Of a stretch of DNA of 64,000 nucleotides, positions 24,814 through 37,500 are shown one piece after another; within the stretch, counting starts at the first letter, position 1, and each line of letters starts with the position of its first letter. The DNA is from Narcine bancroftii. Its lineage: Eukaryota. The stretch lies in assembly GCF_036971445.1 (NCBI RefSeq), contig NC_091471.1, positions 45,074,001 to 45,138,000 of the forward strand, read 5' to 3'. The translations under genes and the position numbers were made by a program. The notes under the pieces were generated by a model. The model saw nothing but the letters and a program-made list of their open reading frames with translations, was not told the DNA's origin and did no database searches.

Positions 24814-27201
24814 CAGTATTTTTACGCATATAACACATGTTTTGCATGTATATTTTACAAACCAAGTCCCCCCATATGTGCATTTTATGTGTGTATGTGT
24901 GTGCTATATGAGAATTTTTATACTAGAATTGTATACTAGAATTTCTTCCATTTAAATAAAATCACACGCCTCGTTGAAAAAGAAGAAAAGAAATGGCGCG
25001 ACTTTGAATCAAAGATAAAGAAGAATCATTCTCTCCTGTTGTGCTGTGGAGGGCCACTAAAGAATTCAGTGTTAAATCTATATTGAAATTTTTTGATAAA
25101 GTATGGAAAACCTCCCTCCAGCATTTTCTAGTCTAGGTCAAGTCCAGAACTTATGAATTAATGATGCATCTCCACTCTTACACCTGTCACACCAGCGAGT
25201 CATATCGGAATAAAAGTGAGACAATTTAGCCTTCAACAAATGCGCTCTATGTACCACTTTGAATTGTAATAAACAATGTCGAGCATATAATGAATAGCTG
25301 TTAACCAACTTAAGAATTGTGAAGGGGTAATTTTAACTGCTTTAATTTAATTTATTTTTAATTTTAATGGTAGAAAACCATTTCAGCCCATGAAACTTGT
25401 GTTTTCCAATACCTACTAACACAAAACATTATAGCGGGTTGGGAGAAAACCAGAGCAACCAGAGAAAATAATGCAGTTCATGTGGAAAAATGTTCTTTTC
25501 TTTGGCTTGGCTTCGCGGATGAAGATTTATGGAGGGGTAATGTCCACGTCAGCTGCAGGCTCGTTTGTGGCTGACAAGACCGATGCGGGACAGGCACACA
25601 CGGTTGCAGCGGTTGCAAGGGAAAATTGGTTGGTTGGGGTTGGGTGTTGGGTTTTTCCTCCTTTGTCTTTTGACAGTGAGGTGGGCTGTGCGGTCTTCTT
25701 CAAAGGAGGTTGCTGCCCGCCGAACTGTGAGTGCCAAGATGCACAGTTTGAGGCGATATCAGCCCACTGGCGGTGGTCAATGTGGCAGGCACCAAGAGAT
25801 ATCTTTAGGCAGTCCTTGTACCTCTTCTTTGGTGCACCTCTGACACAATGGCCAGTGGAGAGCTCGCCATATAACACGATCTTGGGAAGGTGATGGTCCT
25901 CCATTCTGGAGACGTGACCTACCCAGTGCAGTTTGATCTTCAGCAGCGTGGATTCGATGCTGTCAGCCTCTGCCATCTCGAGTACTTCGATGTTGGAGAT
26001 GAAGTCGCTCCAATGAATGTTGAGGATGGAGTGGAGACAACGCTGGTGGAAGCATTCTAGGAGCCATAGGTGATGCCGGTAAAGGACCCATGATTCGGAG
26101 CCGAACAGGAGTGTGGGTATGACAACGGCTCTGTATACGTTAATCTTTGTGAGGAGTCTGTTGTCTATTTCGTTGTCAATCCTTGCATCCGATGAAATGG
26201 TGCAGCCGAGATAGGTAAACTGGTTGACCGTTTTGAGTTTTGTGTGCCCGATGGAGATGTGGGGGGGCTGGTAGTCATGGTGGGGAGCTGGCTGATGGAG
26301 GAAAAATGTACCAACTTATTATAAGCAATGACGGATTCGAACTTGGGTCGCTAGCGCTATAATAGTATTGTATAATTGGACAGCTTATTGTATTTCCAAA
26401 TTTGTTGCATTTTGGAACAACTGACATATTAGACATAGTGACTTACTAATAATTACCATATTTTCATTCATATAATGTGCACATGCACATGATGCGCAGG
26501 TGTAGTATTTTAAATTCCGACTGGCAAAATAAATTTGCATTTAAATGGGACATGAGACAAAGCACATATCAGTATCTGCCACAGTTAATCTCCAACAATT
26601 AACACCCAATCAAATTCCCCTAGAGGTTTCAATTGCCCTTATAAATGATATCCTGCAGCAACACATTAACAAGCTTTGGAGAATTAAATAGATTGAAGAC
26701 AAACTTCGTTAAGCAGGATTTTAGTTCTAATGTCTCAAATAAGAGGCACTTGATATGTTAATCTCCTGCCTCAGGGATGGGTCTGGGCATAAGGTGCAGT
26801 GTCCTAGCCAGAATGTCCTGTTTATAGGAATACCATGGCATTTAGTACAAAGAGAGATTATCAAAATCAAAATTTCCCACACCTGCTATAAATTGTGCCC
26901 ATTCCTTCACTGCTGCTATTATATTCTCATACTTGCTATAATATTCCTATGCTCACTATAAATTGCCAGTGTGTCCTTCCCACGGCCATTATTAATTGTG
27001 CATGTTCTTTCAATCCCCCTATTATATTCCCATGCTCACTATAAATTGCCGGTTCAACTTTCACACACCAGTTATTAATTGTGAGCTTTATTTCAACATG
27101 TAAAAATTCTCGTATAACGCACACACACATAAAATGTGCATGTGGGGGAACTTGGTTTGTAAAAAATACATACAACACGTGTTATATGCGTTAAAATACA
27201 G
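24814..27201. mobile_element. pogo/Tc2-like TIR DNA transposon derivative
   Basis: ~110-bp inverted termini (24814-24922 and 27099-27201) beginning C(A/T)GTATTTT.ACGCATATAACAC, with TA on both sides. Internal short direct repeats at 26930-27050. Confidence 0.6.
25494..26299 (-). mobile_element. RTE LINE 3' fragment (internal deletion), inserted in a SINE remnant
   Basis: 10-bp TSD GGAAAAATGT (25484-25493, 26300-26309); ORFs 25527-25976 and 25549-25737. Confidence 0.93.
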
Positions 27202-27469
27202 TACTGGGTTCTCAGAAGTATTTACCGAATTGCTCCTGTTTAATAATACCTTTTCATAAAAAAAAAAGGATTCTCAACCCTCAATGTTCACATCATTGCA
27301 GATAACCTTGCAAATCACTCTTGGTAGTTAATGTTGCATTTCCTGAAAGTACGCATTACTCAATCATTATAATCTGAACATTTTCAGCAACTCCCACGGC
27401 TTTGTTGGATGGTTCCTTTGGAACAACAATTACTTGCCGCATCTTTCCCTACACCAAGCGGTAGTGGCT

Positions 27470-27790
27470 AACTACAGATACAAGGAGCACCAAACCACAG
27501 GGATTGTAGTGGAAATGTGATGGGTCCTAATGAAGGTGCATCAGCCCAAGTTGCACTGCAATCCATCACAAGCAGATTTGGCGATTTCATCATTGTGTGT
27601 TGCGTCTTGCACAGCCTTACAAATAGAAGACAGCCAACTGCTGTAGGAGTATGAGTAGCCAAGAGACCACGTGTCTGAGTGCCAAGAGCCAAATTGTGAA
27701 GAGAACCAGGAGCAAGATAAGCAAGAGGAAGAAGCCATCTGGGAGGTGTCTCTGCTCAGATGTACAGACTTCTGAGTAAATGATCCTCCA
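27470..27790 (+). pseudogene. Degenerate PIF/Harbinger transposase C-terminal fragment
   Basis: Manual translation gives RYKEHQTTGIVVE ... LQSITSRFGDFIIVCCVLHSL and then an acidic EQDKQEEE stretch. This resembles the Harbinger YN.AH..TR.IVER...IIVACC.LHN signature. Confidence 0.6.
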
Positions 27791-28784
27791 CACAGGATAA
27801 AAGGACTTCTTCATTAACCAAAGTTTCAATTCATGAACTTGTGAAATCATAATCGCATTCATTGTCTCCTCCACACCCTAACATGATTGTGAATCGTGGT
27901 CAGCTGGAAAGCACAGGTGACCATTAGTAAATCACTCACATGGGGCTTTGAAGATCCATTGGCACATATTATAAGAAATTAATGAATAAATTCCTGGTCT
28001 GATTACCGAAATGGCTTGCTATAACTAATTCCAATGGTCTGGAGCTAACCCTGTCAAATTTTACAAAGGCATGAACTTATTTGTGCATTTCTCAGAGTTC
28101 TGACTTATTGTCAAAGTACATGCATGGCATCACATTCGACCCAAAGATTCTTTTTTCCTGCAGGTGAGGCAGAATTTCTACTTATCGACAGTGCAAAAAA
28201 AATTGTACTCAAGAAAAGAAACATATACAAAAGAGAGAAATGTCAGCAAAGAAAGAAATGTAAACAAACTGACAGTGCGAATACCCAAAGATATATTCAA
28301 TAATACATAATGTGCAAAATAAATGTCCTTAATTGCATCTCTGAGTGAGTTTGTTGTTTTGGAGTCTGATGGTAGAGGAGTAGCAACTGTTCCTGAACCT
28401 AGTGGATCAAGTCTTGTGGCACCTATACCTCTTTCCTGAAGGTAGCAGCGAGAACAGAGCATGTCCTGCATGGTGTGGCAGCATTCCATGTAGATTTTCT
28501 TGTGGTGGGGAGAGTTTTGCCTGTGATGTATTGGGTTGTATCCACAACTTTGTAGGGGTTTTTGATCAGTAAAAGCAGGCATACCAGGCCATGATGTAAC
28601 CAGTCAGCACGCTTTCAACTCCACATCATTAAGAAGTTTGGCAAGGTTTTTGATGTCATTCCAAAACACTGCAAACTTCTGAGAAAGTAGAGGTGCTGAC
28701 GTGCTTTCTTCATGACAACATTCATGTGTTGGGTCCAGGAAAGGTCCTCCCTCCAAAACAGTGATTACCAGGGATTTAAATTTG

Positions 28785-29285
28785 CTTGAAAAACACAGAA
28801 ATGCTGGAGGAGCTCAGCTGGTCTTGCAGCATTCATAGGAGGTAAAGATATATTACCGATGTTACAGGCCTAAGCCCTTCTTTCAAGTATAAGCAAAAAG
28901 CAAGCTGGCATCAAAATTAAAGACCAGGGAATAAAAGGGGAAAGAATGGAAAGGGGAGGATTCCAGACCAATGGGACAAAAGGTGTCAAATGGATATGAT
29001 AAACGGAAAGGTGAGAATTGGTTTTGCTCTGTGAAAAGAGACAGGAAGAAGGAAAGAGAGAGAGTGAGAGGCAGAACTACAGGAAAGGGGACAAGGGGGT
29101 AGAAGGTGGGGTGGGGCTGATGGAAACAGGAAAAGTTAATGTTGGAGGGTGCCCAGATGGACAATGAGGTGTATTTCCTCCAATTTGCAGGTGGTCTCAG
29201 TCTGACAGTGTATGAAACTATGAATAGATATGTCAGCAAGGGAACGGGACAGGGAATTAAACTGAGTGTCCACTGCAAGATCCAC
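28785..29285 (-). repeat. Penelope-derived repeat
   Basis: gaaatgctggaggagctcagc motif, a decayed hammerhead-like core at ~28858-28888 and a GIY-YIG C-terminal remnant. Confidence 0.65.
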
Positions 29286-32200
29286 ATTATTACTCACCCC
29301 TCATCACCTCTGATTTCCCAATGATTGCTGAATTGAACATCTCTTGTTTCCTCTCCTAAAGTCCACAATAAGCTCCTTGGTTTTGGTGATATTGAGCATG
29401 AAATTGTTATATGTACACCGTCCTAATGCCGACTCATCTCCCCCATTATGCAACCGAACTTCGTGGTATAATCAGCAAGTCTTTAGATGGTATTGTTGTA
29501 ATGAGGCACACAAGTGTAAAGCAAGTTGAGCAGTGGGCCAAGAACGCAGCCTTGTGGTACTCCTGTACTGATGGAGATTGTGGAGATATTCTTACCAAAC
29601 CTCACTGATTGGGGTCTTGAGGTGAGGAAATCCAGAATGACTTACAAACACATATTTGCAAGAAACTAGCAGCTAGCATATTGTTTTCAAATTCTTGGAG
29701 TATCTCTTTAGTAACATGTTGAAAGCCAAGGCCTTTTTCTGTGTGTATAATATAAACAAAATTTTAGTTTGAATTTTGCTTTTACGCTGTGTAGATCCTA
29801 GGCAGTCCACAATGTCCAGATAATTTTTTTGACCATGTAATTTTGAAAGTATTATGCTGTTAATAGTTTATTGTCCATTTAGTAATTGCTTTAAGTGTAT
29901 TTTACTGTTTCAAGAGTTCAAATCTGATACTTTGGAATAGACTTTTAATTAATGAGTCAAAACAATGACAGTCTACATGTTGCTCAAGCGATTGAAAGGG
30001 AAATAGTGACAATATTTAGTCAAAGAAAACTTGATTATTGACTCATCAATAAAATAGACCATATATAGTGAAAAACTATATACTCGTTAGTCAATAAAAG
30101 ACAGATCTTCAATTAAGACTCATCAAATCAACTGGAGTATTGGCTCGTTAGTCAATAGAAGATGGAATTGAACACATAGGAAGTTGGAAATTGGATTTTG
30201 AGGAGAAGACTGGATCGATTGGGCTCTGTTTAGAGCAAATCGATAAGGAGAAACAGACATCAACAACCAAGACTACTGAAGAAGCGGTAAGCCTTATGTG
30301 TATTTATTAAGATTAGAACACAGTTTGGTATATTGGATCCTTTTGTCCTATGAGGGCTGTTTTGGTTTTGGAGTTATTGTCGTGAATGTTTGATGTCTGA
30401 ATGCGGCGGTTGGCTGAATGGATAGGATGGCAGCTGCCGCTGAAGCTGCCACACCTAGGGAGCTATGTGTTGAGAAGATGAAGAAAACAGAATTTATAGA
30501 TGAACTGCAAAGGCACAAAGAACTGCAAAGATACAAAGGGAATCAATGTAGCTCTTCAATGAAGACTGAGGGAGGATATTGATAAGGAAAAGAATACAGC
30601 TGCTGGGGAGATAGATCCCACGAAATTACTGGAAAAAAAATTAATAGAAGCTAAGATCAGCCACGAGGAAATGGTTGAAACTATACAACAAGATGGTGGT
30701 GTGGAGGATGAACCATCCAAAATGGAGACATAGCCAGAACTTAAAGCAATTCCTGACATACAGTGATAATGCATCAAATACTTCCAGCAGGAGAAGCAGG
30801 AGGACCTCTAGAGCAGGCTCCAGAGTTTCACATACTAAATCTATGTGTTTAAAGATTCAAGCAGATGCAGCAGCTCTTAAAGTAGAAAAGGGAATGTTTC
30901 CGTTTGAATTGGTCTTAGAAGATAAGGAGGCGCAGCTGAGAATGGAGGAAATGGGGCTAAGAAAGCAAAAGAACCGACTGGAACTGGACAAAAAATTTGC
31001 TGCTAATGAGGCTCAGGTCACAGGCACTGGAAGGTTTGGTGGTATTTAGTGTTCAAAGTAAATTATTGAAAGCATCTAGTTTTGAGGAAGGACTTCAGAA
31101 AAAATAAATATTGAAAACTAAAGTTGAGCCAGTGATAGATCCACAGGATGTGTTCGGTCATGAACCAGGCAGGTTAAGGCATTGGGCTGAGTCAGTGCTG
31201 TGGATGCGAGGTGTATAAGATCCTAATTATTTGGGTTGATGCAAGGAGAAAGATCTCAAATCCCAATGATGGTCACATTGGACAAAGATAGGAGCCAAAT
31301 TCCACCTCTTATAAAGTCATACCAGGCATTCCTGACAAATAATAGAAATCTGGGTGGACAAAGTAGCATACATCTAAGCATGACAAGACAAGATGAATCG
31401 GCTGCGTCGTTAATTCGGATACAGAATCTCTCTTCTTCGCCCAAGAGAAAGAATCCTGGTTTTCATGGCGATCCACTTCAATGCCAAGTGTTTATGAAAT
31501 GCTTTGAATGCAGTATTGAAATTGTTGGAGGATGGTTTATATTATTTGCAGCAGTTCATGAGTGGATGACTACAGATCTTCCAAAGAGTTGCCAGCATAT
31601 GGCTCCAAATGAAGGATTCAAACAGGCTAAATGGTTACTAGAGAAGCATTTTGGTGACAAGTATAGAATTTCTAGAGCTTATATAAAGGCTCTTTCATGG
31701 TTGATAATAACACCAGAGGACATGAATGATTTACAAGCTTATGCCCTCTTTCTTAGAGGATGTTGCAATGTCATGACAGAGATTGGCCATCATAAAGAGC
31801 TTGACATATCTCATTGTAGATAAATTACCCAAATGGAAGAGAGAATTATGGAGAAGACAAGTTGTTGAATACCAAAGAAGGAACTTTGTGATCGCTACTT
31901 TTAAGGATTTGGTGGAGTCCATTGAAGGACATGGATGCTGTCACAGATCCTGTGTATGGAATTAAAGGTACTCAAACAATGAGTAAAGAAGTTGAAAAGT
32001 CCAAATCATACCTGTAATTATAGTGATCATTTTGTATGGCCACTAACAAGACCTTGATTATAGTTACTGGTTAATTAGACTTAGCTGCCAGCAGGTGGCT
32101 GACAGAGAGCAGGAGACACGATATGTGAGATCTGTAATGGAGGCTTGCAGCCTCATGGCATGCCTTATGGTGCTGTTAACAAAAACTTTAAAGTAAAGAA

Positions 32201-33089
32201 CCTTTTCCTTCATCATGTATTGTCTAAGAACTCACACATACAACTCATACAAGATGAAACATGGTGTCAGAAGTAGTATGAAAGAAATTAGAAGGAAATA
32301 TTTTAAAAGGAAAATCTAAAGTCAGCAATTGATCAGTGAAGAGAAGCTAACAAAGTGAAAAATGGAAGGATTACATCCATGAGCGAAACTTCAACTGACA
32401 GGTAATGTGGCTGAAAATTGGAACAGATTTAACCAACATTTTGGATTGTATTTAGTGGCAGTTGGAGCTGATGAGAAAAGTGATACAGTGAAAGCATCAG
32501 TTTTCTTGCATGTCATGGGTAATGAAGCCCTGGAGATGTATAATAACTTTACATTTGCTACTGAAGAAGACAAATGAAATTGGAAAAAATAATGGAACAG
32601 TTTGAGGCATACTGCATATCTAAATGTAACGAGATGTTTGAGATGCACAGATTTTTCACATGTGTACAGAAAATGGAAGGAAGTATTGATCAGTAGGTGA
32701 CTGAATTGAGAAACAGAAGCAAAACATGTGTATTTGGTGGACTGACTGACTCGCTGATAAAAGACAGACTTGTGTGCGGTATTCCAGATAATAGTCTAAA
32801 AGAAAGACTGCTAAGAGAGCAAAATCTAAAACTGGAAAAAAAACAATAACCCTCTGTAGAGCTGCAGAAACTGTATAAACTCAGGCAAAAGAGCTGTTCA
32901 GTGAAACTAGCTGCAAAGTGGATGCAGTGAGGAAGAACAGATATAAACCATTTAAGGAAAAGTGCATGAAAGTGGAAAGAGAGGTGTGGCCAGTGAACAA
33001 AAATGAAAGGGGCAATCGAAAGCCATGTCGTCAATGTGGTGCATAACACCTACCAAAAAAGTGTCCAGCATATGGTAAAACATGCTATA

Positions 33090-34557
33090 TGGAAGGTAGC
33101 TAATGTTACCCCACTATTTAAAAAGGGGGTAGAGAAAAAGCGGGGAATTATAGGCCGGTGAGCCTTACATCAGTAGTGGGCAAAATGATGGAATCCATTA
33201 TTAAGGAAGTAATAGCAGAGCATATGACTAGCAGAGAAGGGATCGGACAGAGTCAACATGAATTTACAAAAGGTAAATCGTGCTTGACAAATCTATTGGA
33301 ATTCTTTGAAATGGTGACAGGTAAAATAGATGGGGGAAAGCCAGTGGATGTGGTGCACCTGGACTTCCAAAAGGCCTTCGATAAGGTCCCGCATAAACGA
33401 CTGGCTTCCAAAATCAAGGCTCATGGGATTGGGGGCAAAGTATTGATGTGGATTGAGAACTGGCTAGCAGGTAGAAGACAGAGAGTTGGGATAAATGGCT
33501 CATTTTCTGAGTGGCAGGCGGTGACCAGTGGGGTACTACAGGGATCTGTACTGGGACCCCAGCTGTTCACAATTTACATTAATGATCTGGATGAGGGGAT
33601 TGGATGTAATATCTCCAAATTTGCAGATGACACTAAGCTAGGAGGGGTTGTGTGCACGGAAAAGGGGGTCAGGAAGCTCCAGTGTGATTTGGATAAATTG
33701 AGGGACTGGGCAGATACATGGCAAATGCACTACAATCTGGATAAATGTGAGGTTATCCACTTTGGTAATACAAACCAGAGGGCAGATTACTATTTGAATG
33801 GCAATAGATTAAGAGATGGGGAAGTGCAGAGAGACCTTGGGGTACTTGTACATCAGTCTCTGAAGGTGAGCATGCAGGTACAGCAGGCGGTTAAAAAGGC
33901 AAATGGTATGTTGGCCTTCATATCAAGAGGGTTTGACTATAGGAACAAGGATACCTTACTGCAGCTGTACAGGGCCTTGGTGAGACCCCACCTAGAGTGT
34001 TGTGTGCAGTTTTGGTCACCTTATCTAAGGAAGGATGTTCTTGCAATGGAGGGAGTGCAGAGGCGATTCACCAGGCTGATACCTGGAATGGCAGGAATGA
34101 CTTATGAGGAAAGATTGCGCAAATTGGGATTGTACTCCCTGGAGTTTAGAAGATTGAGAGGGGATCTCATAGAGACATATAAAATTCTGGCAGGACTGGA
34201 CAGAATGGATGCAGATGGGATGTTTCCAATGATGGGAAAATCCAGAACCCGGGGCCATGGTTTGAGGATAATAAGCAAACCATTTAGGACCGAGATGAAG
34301 AGGAATTTCTTTACCCAGAGGGTGGTGAATCTGTGGAATTCATTGCCACAGAGGGCAGTAGAGGCAGGTTCATTAAATATATTTAAGAGGGAATTAGATC
34401 TATTTCTTCAGTATAAGGGTATTAAAGGTTACGGAGAGAAGGCGGGGACGGGGTACTGAACTTTAAGATCAGCCATGATCTCGTTGAATGGCGGAGCAGG
34501 CTCGAAGGGTCGAATGACCTACTCCTGCTCCTATCTTCTATGTTTCTATGTTTCTAT
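33090..34557 (+). mobile_element. Young CR1 LINE, 5'-truncated, inserted in the Gypsy gag zinc knuckle
   Basis: (CTATGTTT)n tail; the Gypsy knuckle CPAYGKTC-Y resumes as MCNK after the insertion. Confidence 0.95.
33158..34459 (+). CDS. CR1 ORF2 reverse transcriptase (433 aa open frame, N-terminally truncated, GTG start)
   Basis: LDFQKAFDKVPH, GVLQGSVLGP, KFADDTKL and RNFFTQRVVNLWN motifs. Confidence 0.9.
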   Translation: MSLTSVVGKMMESIIKEVIAEHMTSREGIGQSQHEFTKGKSCLTNLLEFFEMVTGKIDGGKPVDVVHLDFQKAFDKVPHKRLASKIKAHGIGGKVLMWIENWLAGRRQRVGINGSFSEWQAVTSGVLQGSVLGPQLFTIYINDLDEGIGCNISKFADDTKLGGVVCTEKGVRKLQCDLDKLRDWADTWQMHYNLDKCEVIHFGNTNQRADYYLNGNRLRDGEVQRDLGVLVHQSLKVSMQVQQAVKKANGMLAFISRGFDYRNKDTLLQLYRALVRPHLECCVQFWSPYLRKDVLAMEGVQRRFTRLIPGMAGMTYEERLRKLGLYSLEFRRLRGDLIETYKILAGLDRMDADGMFPMMGKSRTRGHGLRIISKPFRTEMKRNFFTQRVVNLWNSLPQRAVEAGSLNIFKRELDLFLQYKGIKGYGEKAGTGY

Positions 34558-37500
34558 GTGCAACAAAAGCAAGCTTTATGCCCGTTGCTGTAGGAACCAA
34601 GTGCAACAAAGCAAGGTTCATGCAGTAGGTGAAGGGGAGATAGAGGAATTCTATGTAGATGTTGTGACTGAAAACAAGAAAGAAAACGGAGACTGGATGT
34701 TAAGATTATAAGTGTATGACATATTCATTTCAGTTAAATTGGATATTGGACACAAATTAATGTAATATCAGGGACTGATTTTAATAAGATTAGACCCAGA
34801 CCAAAGATGTATGGAACAAAAGTGAAAATGACAGGATATTCAGGTACCGATATACCAAGGCAAGGAAAATGCATGGTTAAAGTGAAGCACAAGGACAAAG
34901 AGCACGGGCTAGCATTCATCTTGGTACCAAAGGATGTACAGGTAATACTAGGTTTAACAGCCTGTGAGAAACTGAACCTGGCAAAAAGATTCCTCATTGA
35001 GGAAAGTGAAAGATAGACAGTCTATGATGACCTCATGAAAGAGTACAATGATCTATTTCAGGGTCTTGGCTGCCTTCCAGGAGGACACATGATCAATGAG
35101 GATAAACGTGTGCCACTGATAATACATCCATGCAGAAAAGTTCCATTTGCTCTTCAAAAGCAACTAAGGCAGAGTTCACAGGATGGAAAGCCTGAACATG
35201 ATTCAGAAGATAGATGAGCCAATGGTGGGTGACTTCACTCATTGTTTTGGACAAAAAGAATGGAAAGCTTAGAATTTGCCTGGATCCAAGAGATATAAAT
35301 GGAGCAATAAAGAGAGAACACTTTAAACATGTGTAGAAATCAAGTCACAGTTTGCAATTGCTAAGTTTTTCAGCAAGTTAGATGCATCATCAGGGTTTTG
35401 GCAGTTGAAATTGGATGAAGCAAGTTCAAGTCTGTGAACGTTCAAAAGTCCATTTGCCAGATACAGATTCCTAAGGTTACCATTTGGAATTGCCTCAACT
35501 CCTGAAGTGTATCACAAAACTATCCATATGGTCTATGAACATCTGGACGGAATTAATACCTCAATGAATACCATCATAGTATGGGGAACCATGAGAATGG
35601 AGCATGATGAGAGACTAAGGTAAATGCTGGAAGCAAGAAGGAAAGCAAACCTGAAGCTGAATAGTGAGAAATGCCAGCTCAGGGTGACAGAACTAACATT
35701 TGTATGAGATATTATTGGCAGTGAGGGCATCAGGCCAGGTCCCAGAAAGGTGACCATCATTGGCAACATCCTAAGCCCACAATGCAAAGAGGTTTACTGG
35801 AATGGTCAACTATATGGGTAAATTCATATTCAACCTCTCAGAAAAGATGGCTCCATTGAGAAGACAAACAGAAAAGAACATTGAATGGGAGTGGAATCAT
35901 GAACATGTAAAGACATGGATCGAACTAAAGAAACTGCTCACAGAGGAACCAGTTCTGAGATTTTATGACCCATCAAGATATCATCAGACTCATCACATAG
36001 TGAGCTCAGTGCAGTTCTTCTGCAAAAAACATGATATCTGGCAAACCATTGCGTACGCATCGCGCTCAATGACAGATGCAGAGACAAGATACGTTCAAAT
36101 TTAAAAGGAGCTGCTCAGCATCACATACGCTTGTGAAAGATTTCATCAGTTTGTGTCAGGACAAGCAATCAGTGTAGAGACTGACCGTAAGCCCTTAACT
36201 GCATTGTTCCAAAAGCCTTTAAATGAATGTCCACTTAGAATATAAAGAATGATGATTAGGCTGCAACGTTATACACTGAATGTAGCATACACTCCAGATA
36301 AGCTAATGTACACAGCAAACACATTGTCTAGAGCTGTTGACACAAGGGAGCCTGCAAACACCAAAATGGATGAAGATGTGAATGCCTTCATGAACATGAT
36401 CACAAGTGCACTGCCCATATCAGATGCAAAAATGGAGCTCATAAAGTCAGAGACAAACAAAGATGAAACACCGAGACAACTGAGAAAAAACATCTTGGAC
36501 GGATGGCCCAACGTGAAGCAAGACTGCTCATCTGATGTTTAAACAGCAGTTTTTGGAATCATGGTCAAAATCTGCAGGGTGGAACTATCAGTGGTTGAAG
36601 ACATCATCTACAATGGAAGTAAAATCTTTATCCCAAAGTATCTAAGAAAAGAGATGCTAAACAAGATCCATGGAGGACGTCTCAGAATCGAAAAGTGTAA
36701 GAAAAGAGCATGAGAGGTGATGTACTGGCAAAGAATCAAATGAAATGTCAAACTGCACAATATGCCAGAAATATAAAGCAAGCAATCCTGCAAAACCACT
36801 AAAGCCACACCCAGCACAATACAGTCCTTACCAGAAGGTAGGTGCTGACCTATTTGAATGTGAAGGGAAGGACTATGTAGTCACAGACTATTACTCCCTG
36901 TATCCAGAGGTGTGTAAACTGAACATCACCACTGCAGCTGCTGTAATAACAGGTATGAAAGCACTATTCTCACTATTCCCCAGTTTTGCAATTTAAGGTT
37001 CCAACAGTTTGCCAAAGAATAGGACTTTGTACATACCATGTCAAGTCCTCATTTTCCACAGTTCAATGGTCGAGTGGAAAAATCAGTACAGACAGTGAAA
37101 AGACTGATGAATAAGGCAAAAGACAGAGGAACAAACTTCTACCAGAGCATGCTAGCATACCGCACAACGTTGCTCGAGTGTGGTATGTCACCAACACAAC
37201 TCCTTATGGGATGTACACTAAGATCAAACTTACCCATTCATGAGAACCTCCTAAAAACAAAAGAGGGGGAAAAAGTGAGGAAATTCAAAGAACTTCAGAA
37301 AGAAAAGCAAAAGTATTACTTTGACAGAGGAACAAAAAACCTACTGGAACTCTACACTGGTAATCAAGTAAGGCTAAAAGACAAAACAAACTTATGGACT
37401 CAGAAAGGAATTGTCCTTAGTGAAGTCCAACCAAGATCATACACCATTCAGACAGATGAGATGCTGTTCTGCGAAGGAATTGTCAAGATCTTCAAATGGG

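Noticed and set aside
33158-34459. RT ORF as a retron, DGR or domesticated RT
   Set aside because: It is an ordinary young CR1 ORF2 with a 3' tail and a near-identical second copy in the window.
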